Source of the DNA: Octopus sinensis | Lineage: Eukaryota | Length of the DNA stretch: 64,000 bases | Reading direction: 5' to 3' | NCBI RefSeq assembly: GCF_006345805.1 | Contig: NC_043003.1 | Location: 63,302,001 to 63,366,000, forward strand | Part shown: in pieces, positions 12,841 through 26,543 of the stretch | Layout: each line of letters begins with the position of its first letter | Position numbering within the stretch: position 1 is the first letter of the stretch | Program-made: the position numbers and the translations under genes | The notes under the pieces: generated by a model | Told to the model about the DNA's origin: nothing | The model's database searches: none | The model's input: the letters and a program-made list of their open reading frames with translations, nothing else

Positions 12841-15019
12841 ATTTCGCTCCTGTAAAGGTTTCTCTCTTTCTTCCCTCCCTCCTCTTCCTCTCTCTGTTTA
12901 TGGGTGAGGATATATTCTATTTCAAGTGTATGAGGACAGAGAAAGTGTGTACACCAATTGAATTCAATTAATAAACTGAGGTCAAATACTAGTCAGTTGA
13001 AACAGTAGGTGGGGCCCCACATCAGTGAGGGAAAACTGGTGCTCTGTAAAGCCATTGAGAGCAAGGCCCCGAAGCAGTGTGCATTCCGTTCTAGTGACCT
13101 CTGAAAACTTCTGGCATTCAGCATGCAGAATTTTTGATTGACTGCACTTGCATTAACAAACTATTTCCAACTTCTATCTCTTTCTTTCTTTCTCTCTCTC
13201 TCTCTCTCTCTCTCCTTTCTCCCCCTCTCTCTTTCTGTCTTTCTCTCACTCTCTTTCAGTCATTCTAACATATGTGTATATTTCTCTGTGCACACATGTG
13301 TATGTGTGTGTGTGTGTGTGCATGTGGATGTGTGTGTGTGTGTGCATGTGTGTTTGCCTCTAGTGCCAAAACAAGGTGAATGTTTGGTCAGCCAAGACAA
13401 ATTGGCAGCATCCATATGTCTGCACTTAATCATTTCATTCCACACCTTATATCTATTGATACCAGTGTAGTCTCTCTTTTACACATTACATCTGATTCAC
13501 ATCTTCACTCAAAATCATTTTGTGTCCCATCATTCAATCACATTAACACAACACATCAATCAGCGCATGTTTGATTCATATCTTCCCAGAATTCACACAT
13601 TCTCTGCAATCAATGCTCATGTTTGCTGCTATGCAGTACTGCACTTTGTACACAAACATCATAGAATCTGTTCATCTCCAACAGAAAATCCCTTTTATTG
13701 TCCACAGAGGCCCTACACTTTTTCCCCCTTTTATCATTCTGGTTATTTTGCTTCCAGATCACACACCTCTGCTAATGGGAGATTTCCAGGAATTTGAAAG
13801 AATTCTGTTAATGTATGCTGTTTTGACTTTTTATTTCTCAGCATCTGTTAAAAACAAAGTCCTTACCTGTCAATTTACACCTTTTTTGATCCACCATCAC
13901 CATTAATTTCATGCCTGGCCAATACATGAATATGGACTTCAGTTTCATATTGGTTTCAAATTTTGACATGGGGCCAGCAATTTCAGGGGAGGGGATAAGT
14001 CAATTACATCAACCCCAGTGTGTAACTGGTACTTATTTCATCAAACTAAAAAAAGACAAAAAGCAAAGTTGCCTTCAGGGGGATTTGAACTCAGAATGTA
14101 AAGATAGATGAAATGCCTCTCAGCAATTTGTCTGGCATGCTAATAATTCTGCCAGTATGTCATCTTAGGGCTTTCATTTTCATATTACCAGCAAAATTAC
14201 CTCTGTATGTGTGACTCTGTGGGTGTGTATGTGTGTATGTCTCCTTGAGTTCAATGATAAAAAATTATAGTAATTTATCATGATGATGATGATCATCATC
14301 ATCATCGTCATCACCATCATCATCATCATCAGTCGTCGTCAACATTGTTATCATCGCCGTCATCAACATCATCATCGTCATCATCATCTGTAACAACCAT
14401 TTCCATGCTGGCATGGGTTGGATGGTTTCATAGGAGTTGGTGAGCTGGACACCTGCACCATGCATCAATTGTCTGTTCTGACACGGTTTCTATGGCTGCA
14501 ATGCCCTTCCCAACGTCAACCACTTTATAAAGTGTATTGCCTACTTTTCACGGGGCACCAGCACATGTACTTTTTACGTAGCACTGGCACAAGTGCCTTT
14601 CACATGGCACTGGCACATAAACGATAAAACTTAAAAGATTACTTTCTGACAAAGCAATCTGATAGCTTTCAACAAATTCTTTAAATGCTGTCATAGTTTT
14701 AATGTTTGATTTCAAGAAACCACAGTATTTTGAGTTCTTAACACTCTATTTATTGTTTCATAGAATATTTTGTTCTGCATATTCCTTACACTTGGTTTCT
14801 TTGTTTTTTTTTTGGTCTATGCTGAATGCAGAAGTGAGTATTTGATATACATTATACACACCACATGAACAAAGAAAGAAGAACTAAGATATGGAGAGCT
14901 TAACTGCACTTAGTACTTATTTATTATTTTTCAGTTCATACCTTATCTCTATTCAATGTCCATATAGAAATGTATTCGTTGAACAATCCTCATTTAATTA
15001 GTTCTAAATTTTTTTCCAT

Positions 15020-15167
15020 CATATATATGTGTGTGTGTGTGTGTGTGCACGTGTGTGTGTATATGTATGTAGATGCACGTATATACACATGAATATATAT
15101 GTATGTATGTGTGTTTATATATATATATATACATATATGTGTGTATATATATATACACACAAATACA

Positions 15168-15199
<32 letters not shown>

Positions 15200-15453
15200 C
15201 ATATATATATACATATGTGTGTATATACATATATATATACATATATATATTCATATATATATACACACACAGACACATATGTATATATATATATATAATA
15301 TATATATTTGTATATGTACACACACACGTGCATACATTTTTGTATATACAAATGCATATATATATATATATATATATATACAGTGTGTATGTGTGTATAT
15401 AGATATATACATATACATGTGTGTATGTACATATATATATTTGTATGTATATA

Positions 15454-15485
<32 letters not shown>

Positions 15486-15510
15486 AGTGAGTGTGTATGT
15501 GTGTGAGTGA
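15020..15510. repeat. Compound (TA)/(TG)/(CA) microsatellite
   Basis: Directly visible. Confidence 0.95.
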
Positions 15511-15981
15511 TCATACTGTCAGGTAAATATTCAAAGCCACAAGTATTTAACAGACCAAACAACCTCATTTATCATATTTCACACTTTCAATATATGTAAT
15601 TACGAGTGGGTTTTTTTTTTCAATCACTTTCTTTAAAAGTGTTGAATTATTGGAATGCATAAATTTATTGATTTATAGCAAGCAATTAATAAAATTGGTT
15701 AAATTATACATATCAAAACATTAATATTTCTTCAGACATATATATTAAATTAAATTTCCAAATTGTGAAAAACAGATTTTTAATAATGTACTAAAATCAT
15801 TATTCAAAATTACATTTCACCAACATACACTAAGTTCTTGTTAATATGTCGGTAATTTTCAGAACAAGATTCTATAAGAATTGTTATTCTGAAATCTTAA
15901 ATTCAAGTCTTTTATAAAATTTAATAAACATATATGGATATCATTTAAGGAGATTAAATGAGCTCTTTGGAAAGAAATCTA

Positions 15982-16217
15982 GGCAGCGAGCTGGCAGAAT
16001 CATTAACACGCCAGGTGAAATGCTTAGCAGTATTTCATCTGCAGTTACGTTCTGAGTTCAAATTCCGTCGAGGTCAACTTTGCCTTTCATCCTTTCGGGG
16101 TCGATAAACTAAGTACCAGTTATGCACTGGGGTCAATGTAATCCACTTAATCCGTTTGTCTGTCCTTGTTTATCACCTCTGTGTTTAGCCTTTTGTGGGT
16201 AGTAAAGAAATAGGTAT
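15982..16217 (+). mobile_element. SINE family 2 (tRNA-derived), full length
   Basis: Head GGCAGCGAGCTGGCAGAA..GAGTTCAAATTCC, central TTTGCCTTTCATCCTTTCGGGGTCGATAAA block (recalls the conserved central domain of MetaSINE-type SINEs; needs a Dfam check), and tail ..GTGGGTAGTAAAGAAATAGG. Confidence 0.85.
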
Positions 16218-17089
16218 TTCAGCTGTCTTGACATTCTGAGTTCAAATTCTGCTGGGGATGATTTGGGGGTCAATAAATAATGTACCAGTTGTGTACTGGG
16301 GTTGATCTAGTCTACTGGTCCCCTCTCCCCCAAATTTCAGGCCTTGTGCCTAAAATAGAAAAAATTATTTTGCTTCGCTTCCCTCCCGGAAGTCCACTTT
16401 GCTGCAGACCAACTTCCTAGCTCGCCTGCAGCAAAGTTCCTGCCTACAGTTCATCTGTCATGAATCTTGCCCTATACTATAATTATATTTTCTGCTTCCA
16501 GTTATTGGGTTTTGGCTATGCTGGAGCACCCCTTGAACAGTTTTAGTTGAACAGGTCGACTCCAGTAGCTTTATATCATTTTTATTTGGTATTTATTCTC
16601 TCAGTATCTTTTACCAAACCACTAAGTCACCGGGACATAAACAATACAAGTTGTGAAGCAATGGCAGTGACAAACAGGCACAGACACACAAACTCACACA
16701 CACATACACACATTTGCCAGTCTACTCTTGAAAGGGATGGCCAAACATACTTTAATTTCATCTGGACTAGTTGCTCATCACACACTTATGACATCATGTA
16801 CATATTATTTATGAATATGGGTTATTACATAAGCTATGGGCTTCTTGAAACAGCTGCTGAGTAAAAACATTACATAATTTTTTCTTTATTTTATAATCTT
16901 ATTTTGTACTCCATATGAATTTATGTCTGAAGCCTAACTGTGTTTATCTACCTTACTACCTCCATAGCAGTTTGATAAGGATTGCTCTAAGAGCTAGCTT
17001 TCAATGCTGAGGTGTTGGCCCTGGATGAAGAACTTGAAGTATATGTTCACATACTTTTGAAAACTACTCTGTATTATCTGTATTGAATT

Positions 17090-17171
17090 TGTTTTTCTCT
17101 CAACCACTCCTTCTCTGTCCATCTGTCTGTCTCTCTCTCTCTCTCAACCACTCCTTCTCTGTCTCTGTCTG

Positions 17172-17205
<34 letters not shown>

Positions 17206-17241
17206 TGTCTGTCTGTCTCTGTCTGTCTGTCTGTCTCTCTC

Positions 17242-17322
<81 letters not shown>
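17090..17322. repeat. (CT)n/(CTGT)n/(TA)n tract
   Basis: Directly visible. Confidence 0.95.
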
Positions 17323-17323
<1 letters not shown>

Positions 17324-17600
17324 ATCATCATCATTTAATGTCCGATTTCCATGCTAGCATGGTTGGACGGTTTGACCGGAGTCTGGGAAGCCCGGAAGCT
17401 ACACCAGGCTCCAGCCTGATCTGGCAGTGTTTCTACACCTGGATGCCTTTCCTAATGCCAACCACTCTGTGAATGAAGTTGTTGCTTTTTACGTGCCACC
17501 GGCACAGGGGCCAGAGGAGGCTGGCAGCGGCAACGATTGGTTGGTGCTTTCTATGTGCCACCAGCACGGAAGCCAGTCAAGGCAGCGCTGGCATCTACTA
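17323..17600 (-). mobile_element. RTE 3' tail fragment
   Basis: ATCATCATTTAATGTCCGATTTCCATGCTAGCATGG.. matches 59602 onward. Confidence 0.8.
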
Positions 17601-17804
17601 TTTACTATTTATTGTACTTTATTGATTTTTAGAATAAGGTTTTTATCGTATATGTTTTCTATATGGTGTGAATAACATCTTTCCTTATTGAATTGTTTAA
17701 TAGAGTTTTTTTCTCTAAATTATATACATATATTATATATTGTGAAATTTGATTTAAAATTGTTAAATTGAATTTTTCCCTGTAAGTTTTGGAATATTCC
17801 CTAC

Positions 17805-17846
<42 letters not shown>

Positions 17847-18861
17847 GTATATATATATATACAAGAGGTATTGGTATCTAGAAAACCCAAAGAGTGTCAG
17901 GTAACACTAAGTAAGTGCTATGGACAGACTGCAGTTAAATTCTTGGTTCGATAATGATACAAGTGAGGAGTCTAACGATAAAAGTAAAAGATATCAAACT
18001 ATACTTAGTTGTATATCTTTAAAACGGTAGAATTTGCCACTGCTAGGGTATCAGCATTTTAAACCTTTCATTAAGCATGTTTCTACTGAAATAAATGTCT
18101 TTTGTTTTAATTTTCAAAATAACGAAGAATTTAATAAAATAACTTTACCATTATTAAGCCGGTTGCAATCTGGCAGAAGTGTTAGCATGCTAGGCAAAAT
18201 GCTTCTTGACATTTCTTCCTGCTCTTTGGGTACTAAGTTCAAATACTACTGGGGATTCCTTTGCCTTTAACTCTTGTGTGGCCAATAAATTAAGTCTGAG
18301 TTGAACCCTGGGACAACTTTGTCATCCCTAAAACTTTGCTAGCCTTGTGTTAAATTTTAAAAGAATTAGTAAGTTGGTATTTGCAACTTAAACTAACATG
18401 AATTTTTGATGAAAGTTTTAATTTAGATTACTTTAAAACAAGAAATTTGTATAACAAAAGGAGAGGTGGTCTCTGGTGGGTTGGCATAAAAGCAGCTGTG
18501 GCACCATTTAATATTAACAAATTTAATATATGGTATTCTCTAGGGGAGAAAATTCAAATCTGTGATTCTATTTGAAAATGGGAACTTAACACATTAAAGT
18601 TATTAGAGCTGTTTAGCCCTAGGTCTTCCGTAATTGATTAAACCAATGATCAAAGACATTTCCTTTTGATAGTCCCATTTTTTTTTAAACAATTTTTTTT
18701 AAGTGAGGACTACACTATACTATGTGTCCTTTCTGTAAAGGTGCATGGCCTAATGGTTATGGTGTTGCACCCATGATTACAAGATCATAGTTTCAATTTG
18801 CTCAACTAAAGGCAGTGCTCCAGCATGGCCGCAGTCAAATGACTGAAACAAGTAAAAGAGA

Positions 18862-19050
18862 GAGTATTCCCCACTTGGATGGGATGCCAGTCCATCACAG
18901 GATTACTCATTTCTGCCAGCTGAGTGGACTGGAGCAATGTGAAATGAAGTGTTTTGCTCAAGAAGACAGTGCATTGTCTAGTCCAGGAACTGAAACCACT
19001 ATCTTATGATCATGAGTCCAACATCCTAAACACAAAGCTACATATCTCCA
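18862..19050 (-). mobile_element. SINE family 3 fragment (V-SINE-like central block)
   Basis: Minus strand reads ..TCTTGAGCAAAACACTTCATTTCACATTGCTCCAGTCCAC..GTGATGGACTGGCATCCCATCCAAG, reminiscent of V-domain SINEs. Confidence 0.45.
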
Positions 19051-19789
19051 CTAAAGGAATTGTAGAACAATGTAAAATGAAGGACATCCAGCTGTAGAAA
19101 CTCTGCCAGATCAAGACTGGAGCCTGGTACAGCCATCTGGTTCACCAGTCCTCAGTTAAATCATCCAACCCATGCTAGCATGGAAAGTAGACGTTAAGCG
19201 ATGATGATGATGAATTCAAGGCAATATGAATAAATAAGGATTACATTTGACAGAATAATCTAAATACTAAAGGTTAAAGAAACGGTGTGATTTGAAGTAA
19301 ATTTGTTTTCCATTTCTTGAATTAATTGTCACTGCATAGGGATTTGTCATATTGTGGTATTAGAGCATGGAAACAGTCAATACAATTGTTCCAGAATTTG
19401 CAATTGATTATCTTTTTTATATCTTTTTACTTGCTTTATTTATTAGACTGGAGCTATGCTGGAGCACCACTTTAAGGGTTTAGTGAAAAAATCGATCCCA
19501 GTACTAATTCTAAAGTCTGGTACATATTCTGTCAATCTCTTTTACCTCACTACTAAATTACTGGGATGTAAACAAACCAACAGCGATTGTCAAGGGGTGG
19601 TAGGGTGATAAACATTCCCTTGCTCTCTCTCTCTCTCTCTCTCTCACTGTATGTGTGTGTGTACAATGAGCTTCCATAGAGTTTCCATAAACCAAATTCA
19701 CTCACAGGGCATTAGTTGGCCTGGGGTTATAGTAGAAGGTACCACACCACCACTGCTTGGTACCTTGGACAAAGAAGAGAAACCCCAAA

Positions 19790-20525
19790 TGCATGCTGAA
19801 AATGAACAATCAAATCATTAAGCAGGTCTCAACCTCTAACTACCTTGGAACTTTGATCACAGAAGACGCAGGATGTATGAAGGAGACCAAGATGAATAGT
19901 GCTGGTGAATAGTGCATTCTCAAAATTGCAAAACATTTTGAGAAGCCACACTCTGAGTATCAAGACCAGGACCTCTTTACTGAATTACTTTGTCTACCCT
20001 GTGATAATGTGTGGATGTGAGGCATAGTCTGAGAAGGCACTTGGAGAGCTGTGAAATGTGGTTCTTAAGGAGAATAGTGAGGATAGCATGGACAAAGTGT
20101 CTAATGAAGAAGTGATGGCCTGGGCTGTAGTAAATAAGAAACTGCCTCATGAGATAAGGGCTATGCAGTAAATAAGAAACTGCCTCATGAGATAAGGGCC
20201 ATGCAGTAAATAAGAAACTCCCTCATGAGATAAGGGCCATGCAGTAAATAAGAAACTGCCTTATGAGATAACGGCCAAGCAACCTAGATTTCTTGGTCGT
20301 GGGATGAGGAAAAAGGGCCTGGAGAATTTAGTGATGACTGGAAAGACTGAAGAGAAAAGAAGCAGAGGAAGGAAACGGATGACGTGGATGTCAAGCTTGA
20401 TGAAATATTTGGGAAAAAGAGGCAATAAACATCAGGAAGTGGAACTATAACAGAAAACAAAGAACAGAGAACTGTGACAGGATATGATCGCCTATGTCTT
20501 ATATTCTGTGCATGGCACCTGAAGA
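19790..20525 (+). pseudogene. Decayed RTE (BovB-like) ORF 3' fragment
   Basis: Translates to ..IKQVSTSNYLGTLITED..CEMWFLRRIVRIAW..LVMTGKTEEKRSRGRKRMTWM.., typical of the RTE C-terminal region, with stops. Confidence 0.8.
20127..20278. repeat. 4 x 38-bp tandem repeat inside the RTE fragment
   Basis: Unit GCAGTAAATAAGAAACTGCCTCATGAGATAAGGGCCAT starting at 20127, 20165, 20203 and 20241. Confidence 0.95.
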
Positions 20526-21399
20526 AAAGACCATGCAGTGGGTTCTGAACCCAAAACCATTTGGTTGCAAAACAAGCTTCTTATCCACACAGCTAGGCTT
20601 GTTATGTTATTCTTAAGCAAAATTCTAAGTAACATATCTTTTGTCTTTTATTAATTTCAGCTATGTGGTTGTGGTCATGCTGGAGCATCACTGTGATTTT
20701 GTACTGTTACTTATAGTTCCCCTAGGACTGATTTCTACAGGGTGGTGGGAGTTTCACATTACCGCTCCTGTATGTGCCTTTGTCCTAGCTTTTGGCCCTT
20801 CTTTTCAAGAATAAAGGAATTAATGGGCTAATTTCTTGGGTTTTAAAATCTACAATATTTTAGATTATTAAATGTCTCTTCATTCTTTTTTTTTTTATCT
20901 TCATTTATTTGGATCCATTCTATTTGAATTAACATGAAAAATAGTCTTGAAGTAGTGTGTTATAGATTTTCTTGTAGTTCTGTTCTTCTTCCATAACTTT
21001 GGTTTATCTTCTATCTTCTGCTTGTTTCAGTCATTAGACTGCAGCCATGCTGAGATACTACATCATCATCATTTAACGTCCTTCTTCCATGCTGGCATGG
21101 GTTGGATGATTTGACAGGAGCTGGCAAGGCAGAAGACTGCACCAGACCTCTGTGTCTGTTTTGGCATGGTTTTTATGGCTGGATGCCCTTCCTAAAACCA
21201 GTTCTTAAGTGGTAATGAGAAAACGCACACACATACACTCACACACACTCTCACATATATATATATAATGGTCTTCTTCCAGTTTCTGTCTATCACATCC
21301 ATTCACAAAGCCTTCGTCAGCCCAAAGTTATAGTAGAAGACACTTGCCCAAGGCACCATGCAGTGGGACTGAACTTGGAGCCTTGCGGTCAGAAAATAA

Positions 21400-21635
21400 A
21401 CTTATTTCTTTATTGCCCACAAGAGGCTAAACATAGAGGGAACAAACAAGGACAGACAAAGGAATCAAGTCGATTACATCAACCCCAGTGCGTAACTGGT
21501 ACTTAATTTATCAACCCCGAAAGGATGAAAGGCAAAGTCGACCTTGCAGAATTTGAACTCAGAACATAATGGCAGATGAAATACTGCTAAGCATTTCACC
21601 CAGCATGCTATCGTTTCTGCCAACTCGCCACCTTA
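21400..21635 (-). mobile_element. SINE family 2, full length
   Basis: Reverse complement of 15982-16217. Confidence 0.85.
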
Positions 21636-23604
21636 AGTAAGAAAATAAATTTCTTACCACACAGCTACACTTACCGTTTTTCAAAGCTGAATAAATCTTT
21701 TTGTGACAAATGGCACTGGAATGGCAAATATAGAAAAAAAAATATGAAGAAATTCATCTGACTATCCAATGAATATTAAGAAATATTGTATCAGGTAAAG
21801 AGAAGAGGTTTTTTTTTTTCTCCAGTTATACCTAAACTTCAAAATCTGATCTACCAGGGTCAAATATTTCTGTTAAAGAAATATCAAACAATCACAGTTA
21901 CAAATTCAAAAGCTTTTCATCCTTTCTGTATACTTGGAAGTTTTATTCTGAATTTAAAAGTCTTTCTCCTTAACTTTCTTTATTTTCAACTTCTAAGAAC
22001 ATGGTCTGCATTTAAAGATCATACACCTTTGAACAACACTCGAGATGGCACCTGGAATATGTAATGTTCTGGATTCTGAAAGCTACCAAAATTCAAGAAT
22101 TGAATGCTAGAATGTATTTCAGTCAATTGGCACTCCCATCATTCACTGAAGTTCTTGGATGATTTCAAAAGACAGTTTTAAGAAATATATCAGATATAGT
22201 ACAATTCCTGCTATTACACACACATACATGCATGTGTACACATATACACACACACAAGCATGCACATACACACGTTCACACACAAGCACAAACACATCAC
22301 ACATGTACAGACACAAACATATACACAGGTGCGTGCACACACACACTTATCCCTTGAAATGCAAAATTAAATTTCATGGTTATTCCAGTAATGACGTTAA
22401 ACATCTACCAAAAAAATAGAATTGGCATTTCCTGCAAGTCACGTTGCCTCAATAAACTTGACATATCTCAACAAAAAATAATTTCGAAAATGACATTCTT
22501 CAACAAAATATATAACACTACATAAAACTGCTTTCCGCAGTTAGGTTTAATGAAATTTGGTGTGGATTTATTTGATTTTTGCAATGAAAGGGTTAAATAG
22601 ATTAAGAAATATCAACAGCATCATAGAAGAAATGTTCTCATTTCCAATCTTCTGTGTAGAAGAATGCTTGGATATGGGGAAATATCACCTTGCTTGGAAA
22701 GAGATGAAGGTCGATGACAGGATGGGCAGTTGGCTGTACAAAAAACTGCCTCGACAAATTCTGACTGACTTAATGATGCAATGATAAGTGACTGAGTCCT
22801 TTGGTGATGTGCCGTGCTTGAGAAAACTTGTCAAGTCAAGTGAAATCATAGTCATGGCCGGTGCTGGTCTCATGTAATTGGCACCCATGCTGGTGGCACG
22901 TAAAAAGCATCCATTACACTTTTGGAGTCATTGGCATTAGGAAGGACATCCAACCGTAGAGACTACGCCAACTCAGATTGGAACTTGGTGCAGCCCTCCA
23001 GCTTACCAGCTTCAGTCAAACCATCTAACCCATGCCAGCAAGGAAAGCAGACACTAAATGATGATGATGATGAAAACTAATTTAATCACTTTGTTAGCAA
23101 ACACCCCACCTGTGACCTTTCCTGGTTCTTAATATAAAACTGTCCTTCTTAAAGAACACCTTTTTTCTTTTTATTCATCCTTCATGTTGGTTGAAGAACC
23201 AATCTCAAACCAATTAAGATTCACAGAATGGGTGTACTATCCATCCTTTTAATTACTAAAAGGGGGCCGTGGGAAAACTCATTTAAACAAACAAGGTCCT
23301 TGGTAGCGAAAAGGTTGGGAAGCACTGATATATATGATGGGCTTCCTATCTACCAAATTCACTCTCACAAAGCACTGGTCAGCCCAAGGATTTGATAGAC
23401 ACATGGCCATGGTATCATGCAGTGTCATTGAACCCCGAACCAAGTGGCTGCCAAGCAACCTTCCTAACCACACAGCCATATCTGCTTGTGGTTATGTTGT
23501 TTGCAATCAAGAGAATCAAGTCCAAATTTTCAATCACTCTAAGTTATATTCCAAAGATGGTTACATCAGTTTTCTACAAAATCTTACCAAATTCAATTTT
23601 TAAG

Positions 23605-24146
23605 TGAAGAAGTGTCACACCCTAACAGTGGAAGGAACCCATGGAAGAGGGAGACTCAGAAAGACATGGGGTGAGGTGGTGAAGCACAATCTTCAAATGT
23701 TGGGCCTCACAGGGGCAAAGACAAGAAATAAAGACTGTAAGAGATATGCTGTGATTGAGAAGACCCGGCAAGTAAAGTGAGATCACAACCATAGCTTATA
23801 CCAGTGTTGCATAACCAGCCCATTTAAAAGTACCCTTGAATCATTGGGCGATACGCTGTGCTTGAGAAGACCTAAAGAGTCAAGTAAAATCAAATCAGGA
23901 TCGAAATCAAAATGGAAATTGTAGATGTGGCCAATGCCAGTGCTGCCTGACTGGCTTCCAATGCCAGTGGCATGTAAAAAGCACCCACTACACTCTCAGA
24001 GTGGTTGTCATTAGGATTGGCATCCAGCTGTAGAAACCTTGCCAGATCAGATTGGAGCCTGGTGCAGCCTCCTGGTTTGCCAGTCCCCAGTCAAACTGTC
24101 CAACCTATGCCAGCATGGAAAATGGATGTATGATGATGATGATGAA
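23605..24146 (+). mobile_element. 5'-truncated RTE (ORF end + 3' UTR + (GAT)n tail)
   Basis: ..VEGTHGRGRLRKTWGEVVKHNLQMLGLT.. matches the end of the 60423-62147 ORF. Ends GATGATGATGATG. Confidence 0.8.
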
Positions 24147-24647
24147 TGAAAATAAATTGAAATATTATTTACACAGAGTATTTAGTTCTAAATATGATTA
24201 TGAATGGATCAATATCTTTTCCTTCTATTATTTGTTTCAGGCAGACTGTGGCCATGCTGGGGCACTACCTCGAAGAATTTTAGTTGAATGCATCAACCCT
24301 AGTACTTTTTCTTTTTATAACCTGGTACTTAATCTATTGGTCACTTTTGCTGAACCATAAGTTACAGGGACATAAACACACCAACACTGGTTATCAAGCG
24401 GTGAAGCAGGGTATGCAAATATATAAAGTTATATATATATAATGATAAATCTCAGAGCGAGTTATAAACAGTAGCAGCAACACATCGTGACGTATATTTG
24501 CCATTTGAATATGGCTAACCCCTAAGGGTGGATGCTACTGTAGTTTGTAGCCCCAGGACACCTCCTCCAGCTGGCTATAGACACACTTTCTGTGCCCTAT
24601 CAGTATTTACAAAGGGAAGCCATCCTTCCCGTCTTCAACTTATGATA

Positions 24648-24675
24648 CACACGGACTCGAGTTTCAGGGCGTGTG
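24648..24675 (-). ncRNA. Hammerhead copy with the catalytic core deleted
   Basis: Same as 25109-25153 but lacks 17 nt (TATTGACCCGTCATCGG on the + strand). Confidence 0.7.
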
Positions 24676-25108
24676 ACAATCACAGTTGTCAATGAGAAGT
24701 AGGTTCCCTTCACAAATACATATACTTTTTCCAGTATCGATTGACACTGATATTGAAAAAGTGTAATCAAACAATGATAAATCTCAGAGCGAGTTATAAG
24801 CAGTAGCAGCAACACATCGTGACGTATATTTGCCATTTGAATATGGCTAACCCCTAAGGGTGGATGCTACTGTAGTTTGTAGCCCCAGGAGGACACCTCC
24901 TCCAGCTGGCTATAGACACACTTTCTGTGCCCTATCAGTATATTCAAATGGCAAATATACGTCATGATGTGTTGCTGCTACTGTTTATAACTCGCTCTGA
25001 GATTTATCATTGTTTGATTACACTTTTTCAATATCAGTGTCAATCGATACTGGAAAAAGTATATGTATTTGTGAAGGTAACCTACTTCTCATCGACAACT
25101 GTGATTGT

Positions 25109-25153
25109 CACACGCCGATGACGGGTCAATACCCTGAAACTCGAGTCCGTGTG
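25109..25153 (+). ncRNA. Type I hammerhead ribozyme motif (U4C variant, palindromic stem III)
   Basis: Stem I CACACG/CGTGTG; core CCGATGA; stem II GGGT-CAAT-ACCC; GAAA; stem III ACTCGAGT palindrome; cleavage triplet GUC (after 25147). Confidence 0.75.
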
Positions 25154-25310
25154 TATCATAAGTTGAAGACGGGAAGGATGGCTTCCCTTTGCAAATACTG
25201 ATAGGGCACAGAAAGTGTGTCTATAGCCAGCTGGAGGAGGTGTCCTGGGGCTACAAACTACAGTAGCATCCACCCTTAGGGGTTAGCCATATTCAAATGG
25301 TAAATATACG

Positions 25311-25346
<36 letters not shown>

Positions 25347-25350
25347 CATA

Positions 25351-26484
25351 CAGGAAGTAAATAGATACCTTTAATTTTCAAAATTTCTGATCTAAGCATC
25401 TTAATGTTTTCAGCAGTGTAGAATTTACAATGTAATTATTGTTTTTCATTCCAGGTGTCATTATATTAAACATTTGCAAAGAGTAACCATGCTACACACA
25501 AAAAATTCAGCAAAACTGTCAGATTTTCAAAGAGATCGTAATGTTGGGCAATCTGAGGCTGGTCTTAACCATCAAAAAATTGCTGAAAATCTTCAAATTC
25601 CTCTTGCTACTGTTAATAGAATTATTGCGCAATTCAAAAGCCAAGGAAAAGAATCAACAGATTCTCATTCTAGCCAACCTGGGCCCTCAGAAAGGAAGCT
25701 TTGCTGTTTGAAAAGAATTGTGAAAAACAAACCCCGTTCAAAGGCTTCTGACATTGCAAAACAGCTAGAAGTTAGTCCAAGAACGTGTGTTACGCTAGAA
25801 GCAAACCTCTCCTTCAACCAATTAATATCAGGAAAAGAAAGAAATGGGCTATGGAGATGTCAGAAAAATTCAGTTCCCTTTGGAATAGAGTGATTTTCTC
25901 AGATGAATCTAGATTTGCATTATTTTCAGACAGTGGACGTGTTTGGGTCTGGAGGATTCCCAATCAAGAATTTGATTTGAAATAATTCCAACCGTGAAAC
26001 ATGGCGGTATCTCTGTAATGGTATGGGGAGCTGTCACCAGTAATGATCGTTCTGAGCTGATCAAATGTGTTGGTATCATAAACTCTGAAAAATACATCGA
26101 AATACTGAAGAAAGGACTACTTCTGGTGTAGTCAAACGATAACATAACGAAAAATGAGTTTTTATTTATGGAAGATGGGGTTCCATGCCACACAGCAGAA
26201 AGGAATCAACAAACAGCTGACTGAAAATGGGAACAAAAAGCTTCCTTGGCCAAGCCAATCTCTTGACATGAACCCAATTGAAAATCTTTGGAGCATACTA
26301 GACAGAGCTATACGAAAAACTTGACAGAAACCTAAATCTAAAAGTGGGCAATCACAAAACTCATCAGTTGAATGCCAAAAAGAGTTTCTGAATTAAAAAC
26401 TGCAAAGCGAATGTCAACTAAAGTATGTAGTCCTACCTATCGATTACATTTCAATTGTTCGCTTTGCATATTAAATACTTCCTG
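25351..26484 (+). mobile_element. Tc1-family DNA transposon, decayed
   Basis: TA|CAGGAAGTA at the left and TACTTCCTG|CA at the right (short residual TIR match), enclosing a Tc1 transposase. Confidence 0.8.
25489..26430 (+). pseudogene. Tc1-like DDE transposase pseudogene
   Basis: HTH-like N-terminus, [30 protein letters not shown] and WPSQSLDMNPIENLW. Frameshifts and stops present. Confidence 0.9.
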
Positions 26485-26512
26485 CATGTGTATGTGTGTG
26501 TATGTATGTATG

Positions 26513-26543
<31 letters not shown>

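Larger units (their letters stand above)
24441..25314. mobile_element. Hammerhead-bearing 349-bp repeat: ~1.5 tandem units (-) fused to ~1.07 units (+)
   Basis: The minus block repeats at 24441 and 24773. The inverted block spans 24940-25314, with ATATTCAAATGG at both 24940 and 25289 (period 349). Flanked by (TA)n. No coding capacity recognised. Confidence 0.85.

Noticed and set aside
22430-22596. Orphan ...AAAGGG|TTAA piggyBac-like end (similar ends near 19277 and 57440)
   Set aside because: No matching partner TIR could be paired with confidence, so no element boundaries were called.
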